Below, in pieces: positions 60,761 through 64,000 of a stretch of 64,000 nucleotides of DNA. The DNA comes from Myxococcales bacterium (GTDB taxonomy: Bacteria; Myxococcota; Myxococcia; Myxococcales; 40CM-4-68-19): NCBI GenBank assembly GCA_036513415.1, contig DATBZA010000137.1:17593-81592 (forward strand). The letters are read 5' to 3'. The notes under the pieces were generated by a model. That model saw only the letters and a list, made by a program, of their open reading frames with translations, was not told the origin of the DNA and searched no databases. Each line of letters starts with the position of its first letter. Position 1 is the stretch's first letter. The position numbers were made by a program, and so were the translations under genes.

Positions 60761-62560
60761 TTATTTGAACGCCGCGACGGCCGCGAGCACGAGGAGCACC
60801 AACGCCTCGCCCGTGATGAAGCCTGACGCGAGTGGAATGTTGTAGACCTCTTCGGTACCTCGACTCACCTTCTGCCACACGGCCTGGAGCACGGCGCCGA
60901 TGGCGATGGGGACCACGGCGAAGCCGGGGATCAGCATCCCGAGGCCGATGGCGGTGGGCGAGGGTACCCAGCGCGCGATCTTCGGCTTCGCTTCGAGAAC
61001 GGTCATCACCACGCCGAGGATCAACGCGACCACCAGGGCCTGCAGCGCGCTCGCCGGCAACGAGCCGAATCCCTTCGAGAGCAGCTCGGCGAACCCGGCC
61101 CACTTCACGCTGATGGGCGAGGAGAGGCCGCCGTCTCCGCCCACTCCATACTTCGCCCGCACCAGCGGATAGGCGATCGCGACCGCCAGCGCGCCGACGG
61201 GCACGCCGACGAGCTGGAGAATGGTGAGGTTGCGGTTGGTCGAGCCGACGATCTTCCCCGCCCGGTAGTCTTGCATCAGGTGCTCGCCGTTCGCTGCCAC
61301 CGTCCCGCTCATCCCGGAGCCGATCATGTTGATGGGAATGTGTCCGGGAGCGAGCACCGCGAAGACCGCCTGCATGACGTTGGCCATCGCGCTGATCGGC
61401 GCCCAGTTCGTCTCCCCGAGCACGCGGATGCCCACCAGCATCAGGATGATCGAGAGGAAGACGGAGACGAACGTGAGCGAGACCGGGAACCCGAGCGAGA
61501 TCTTCTGCACCGCCGCGAGCACCAGGGTGCAGGCGATCGACCCCCAGAGCACCCAGCGGATGGGAAAGTCGCCGCCCTCGTCCACGTCCTTGGCGCCCAG
61601 CCCCTTGAACGTCTTCGCGATCACGTTCCACTTCAGCGCCAGGGCAGCGAGACCCCCGGCCACCATCAGCCCCGTGGCGGGCCACATGATCCAGCGCTGC
61701 AGCACCGCGTTGAAGGTGAGCGAGGGAACCAGGCCCGCGCGCAAGAGCGGCTCCGGAGCGATCACCCAGGCGAGCACCGTGCCCAGCAGCATGGAGAGCG
61801 ATACGCGCAGGCCGATCAGCATGCCCGCCCCGAGCGAAAGCACGCCGATCTCGGTCCCCAGCCGCAGCGCCGCCGCGTGCGGCGTGATCCAGGTGAAGTT
61901 GAGGGTCTCCGGAATCCAGCCCATCACCTGGCGCCCCAGCGTGAAGAGCGCGGAGATAGCGCCGCCCAGGCCCAGCGCAGCGACGCGCGGCTTGGCCTGC
62001 CGGGGTCCTTCGTCGAGCAGCAACAGCGTCTCGCCCGCGGCCGTGCCGTCCGCGAAGGTGAGGTTCTCCTGGTCGATGTAGTGCTTGCGCAGGGGTACGG
62101 CGAGCAAGACGCCAAGAAGCCCCGATGGCGCCAGCCAGGCGAAGATCTGCGGACCCGAAAGGTGCAAGTCGAGCAGCCCGCGCTGATTCAGCATGTCGAT
62201 GGCCGCGAGCACGACGGCCATGAAGCCCACTCCCGAGCCGGCTGCGGTCCCGGCCGTCTGCACCAGGTTGCTCTCCCAGCGCGTGCCGCGGACCCGGGTG
62301 ACGAGACCGATCAGCGAGATGGCGATGAACCCGAGAAACGCGCTCACCACCGACAGGTTCGGGCCGTAGCCGATCTTGAGGACCACCACCGGCTCGGCCG
62401 CGCCCATCAATGCGGCGACCACCACCGCCACGCAGATCGCGCGCGCCGTCATTTCGCGCCGGGGCTGGACGGCCGCGCCCGGCGCGGGTGCTCCGTGCGA
62501 GGAGCGCGGAAGATCCGACCTGGGCGACGGCGCCTTGGCGCCTTCCGCCGATTCGGTCAT
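60761..62560 (-). CDS. OPT-family oligopeptide transporter
   Basis: 599 aa with ~16 TM helices. EPVVVLKIGYGPNLSV and FITGEAL blocks are typical of OPT. ATG lies 1 nt after the parB stop. Confidence 0.85.
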   Translation of the reverse strand: MTESAEGAKAPSPRSDLPRSSHGAPAPGAAVQPRREMTARAICVAVVVAALMGAAEPVVVLKIGYGPNLSVVSAFLGFIAISLIGLVTRVRGTRWESNLVQTAGTAAGSGVGFMAVVLAAIDMLNQRGLLDLHLSGPQIFAWLAPSGLLGVLLAVPLRKHYIDQENLTFADGTAAGETLLLLDEGPRQAKPRVAALGLGGAISALFTLGRQVMGWIPETLNFTWITPHAAALRLGTEIGVLSLGAGMLIGLRVSLSMLLGTVLAWVIAPEPLLRAGLVPSLTFNAVLQRWIMWPATGLMVAGGLAALALKWNVIAKTFKGLGAKDVDEGGDFPIRWVLWGSIACTLVLAAVQKISLGFPVSLTFVSVFLSIILMLVGIRVLGETNWAPISAMANVMQAVFAVLAPGHIPINMIGSGMSGTVAANGEHLMQDYRAGKIVGSTNRNLTILQLVGVPVGALAVAIAYPLVRAKYGVGGDGGLSSPISVKWAGFAELLSKGFGSLPASALQALVVALILGVVMTVLEAKPKIARWVPSPTAIGLGMLIPGFAVVPIAIGAVLQAVWQKVSRGTEEVYNIPLASGFITGEALVLLVLAAVAAFK

Positions 62561-62561
62561 G

Positions 62562-63431
62562 TCAGTCTCCCAGGATGGCGGCGAGCACCCTGTCCAGTTC
62601 TTGAAGGCTGGCGTAACGGATCTCGAGCGTGCCGCTGCCGCCCTTGTCCTTCAACTCCACCTTCACGCTCAGCCGGCGCTGCAGCTTCTCGACCAGGTGG
62701 CGCACCTGCACGCCGGAGTGCGCGTCGCGCTTCTGCTTCGGCAGCCGCTTGGACTTGAGCCGCTGGACCAGCGCCTCGACGGCACGGACCGAGAGGTCCT
62801 CCGCGATCACCTTCTCGGCGGCCTTGCGCAGGTCGCCCTCGTCCGCGATGGCCAGGAGCGCCCGGGCATGGCCCATGCTCAGCTGGCCGGCGACGATGGC
62901 CTGCTTGATGGCATCGGGAAGGCGCAGGAGCCGGAGCGCATTTGCCACCGTGGAGCGCTCCTTGCCCACCCGCGTGGCCAGCTCCTCCTGGGTAAGCCCG
63001 TGCTCCTCGATCAGCCGCTTGAAGGCCTCCGCCTCCTCGATGGGGTTCAGGTCTTCGCGCTGGATGTTCTCGATGAGGGCGATCTCGAAGGCTTCCTTGC
63101 CCGTCACCTCGCGCACCATCACCGGCAGGTCTCGCAGCCCTGCCTTCTGCGCCGCTCGCCAGCGCCTCTCGCCGGCGACCAGAACGTATCCTTCGCTGTC
63201 GCGCCGCACGATCAACGGAAGGAGCACGCCCTTGCTGCGGATCGACTCGGCCAGCTCCTCGATGTGCGCTTCGTCGAAGTGCCGGCGGGGCTGGTTCCGG
63301 TCCGGGCGGATCTCCTCGATGCCGAGGGTCATCACGCCCTTGCGTTCCGACGGGGACCCGCCGGGGATCAGCGCTCCGAGGCCCCGGCCGAGCGCCGTCC
63401 GCTTCGTCGGCTGCGGTTTCGGATCGATCAA
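62562..63431 (-). CDS. parB: Chromosome partitioning protein ParB
   Basis: IRPDRNQPRR, LPLIVR...YVLVAGERRWRAA, and HTH LTQEELATRVGKERSTVANALRLL. Confidence 0.97.
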   Translation of the reverse strand: MIDPKPQPTKRTALGRGLGALIPGGSPSERKGVMTLGIEEIRPDRNQPRRHFDEAHIEELAESIRSKGVLLPLIVRRDSEGYVLVAGERRWRAAQKAGLRDLPVMVREVTGKEAFEIALIENIQREDLNPIEEAEAFKRLIEEHGLTQEELATRVGKERSTVANALRLLRLPDAIKQAIVAGQLSMGHARALLAIADEGDLRKAAEKVIAEDLSVRAVEALVQRLKSKRLPKQKRDAHSGVQVRHLVEKLQRRLSVKVELKDKGGSGTLEIRYASLQELDRVLAAILGD

Positions 63432-63446
63432 CTGATTCTCCTGGAA

Positions 63447-64000
63447 TTACGCGTGCTTGCGTTCCGTGCGCGCGGCGCGATGGCGATGGAGCATCTCTTC
63501 CGCCAGCTGCAGGTAGCTCTGGGCCCCCTTCGACTCGATGTCATAGAGGATGGCTGGCCTGCCGTGACTGGGTGCCTCGCTGAGCCGGACATTGCGCGGG
63601 ATCACGGTCTCGTAGACCTGGCCGGGCAGATTTGCCTGCACGTCGTTCATCACCTGCCGCGCCAGGTTGTTGCGGACGTCGAACATGGTGAGGACGACGC
63701 CTTCCAGCTCCAGCCCGGGCTTGAGCGATCCCTTGACCAGCTCGATGGTCTTGAGCAGCGACCCGAGGCCTTCCAGCGCGTAGTATTCGCACTGCAGCGG
63801 CACCAGCACGCGGTCGGCGGCCACCAGCGCGTTGATGGTGAGCAGCCCCAGCGACGGCGGGCAGTCGATGAAGACGTACTGGTAGGCGTCCCGTAGCGGC
63901 GCGAGCGCGGCGCGCAGGCGCGACTCGCGGGCATCCATCGAGACGAGCTCCAGCTCGGCGCCGACCAGGTCGGCGCTGGAGGGGAGCACGAAGAGGTGGG
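63447..64000 (-). CDS. parA: Chromosome partitioning ATPase ParA/Soj, C-terminal part (5' end outside window)
   Basis: YVFIDCPPSLGLLTINAL, PLQCEYYALEGL and VIPRNVRLSEAPSHG. The frame stays open to base 64000. Confidence 0.95.
   Translation of the reverse strand, partial: HLFVLPSSADLVGAELELVSMDARESRLRAALAPLRDAYQYVFIDCPPSLGLLTINALVAADRVLVPLQCEYYALEGLGSLLKTIELVKGSLKPGLELEGVVLTMFDVRNNLARQVMNDVQANLPGQVYETVIPRNVRLSEAPSHGRPAILYDIESKGAQSYLQLAEEMLHRHRAARTERKHA

Overview
Very GC-rich bacterial chromosomal segment, tightly packed, and almost entirely core housekeeping genes. I call about 64 protein genes. I found no rRNA, tRNA, CRISPR array, transposase or integrase. Gene content suggests a Myxococcota-like lineage, but that is inference only: a Dif-like chemosensory cluster without cheB/cheR, a bactofilin near parAB, an ExbB-ExbD-ExbD motor, a GH57 glycogen cluster, and D/G/P-rich lipoproteins. 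In map order the window holds: mreB (partial); an hppA - Lon-N-domain - lipoprotein - queC - dienelactone hydrolase operon; exbB-exbD-exbD; an orphan 588-aa protein; mcp-cheW-cheY-cheA-cheC followed directly by larB-larC and a GAF/PAS sensor that has a DHp domain but no ATPase domain; hrcA-grpE-dnaK-dnaJ; an ECF sigma/anti-sigma pair; rimO; yajQ; RNase J; uvrD/pcrA; add; glgC-GH57-galT-like-glgA; bfd-bfr; atpZ-I-B-E-F; hemL; gyrA with two lipoprotein genes; atpH-A-G-D-C; hpf; hsp20; and bactofilin-OPT-parB-parA (partial). High GC produces many long spurious ORFs in wrong frames and on the antisense strand. I rejected these and trimmed several N-terminal extensions. The observations most worth following up are: (1) the che cluster running into larBC and the kinase-less sensor; (2) a ~190-bp element with 32-nt terminal inverted repeats, present as two full copies, one mini copy and one fragment; (3) an 871-nt ORF-free, lower-GC gap that carries a 22-bp perfect palindrome; (4) a shared TTGnCn-N16/17-TAyyGTT motif upstream of four heat-shock genes, with no CIRCE element; (5) a 7-5-7 inverted repeat upstream of bfd; and (6) a REP-like hairpin repeat family at gene 3' ends. 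All family assignments rest on motifs I recognise by eye. No database search was run.
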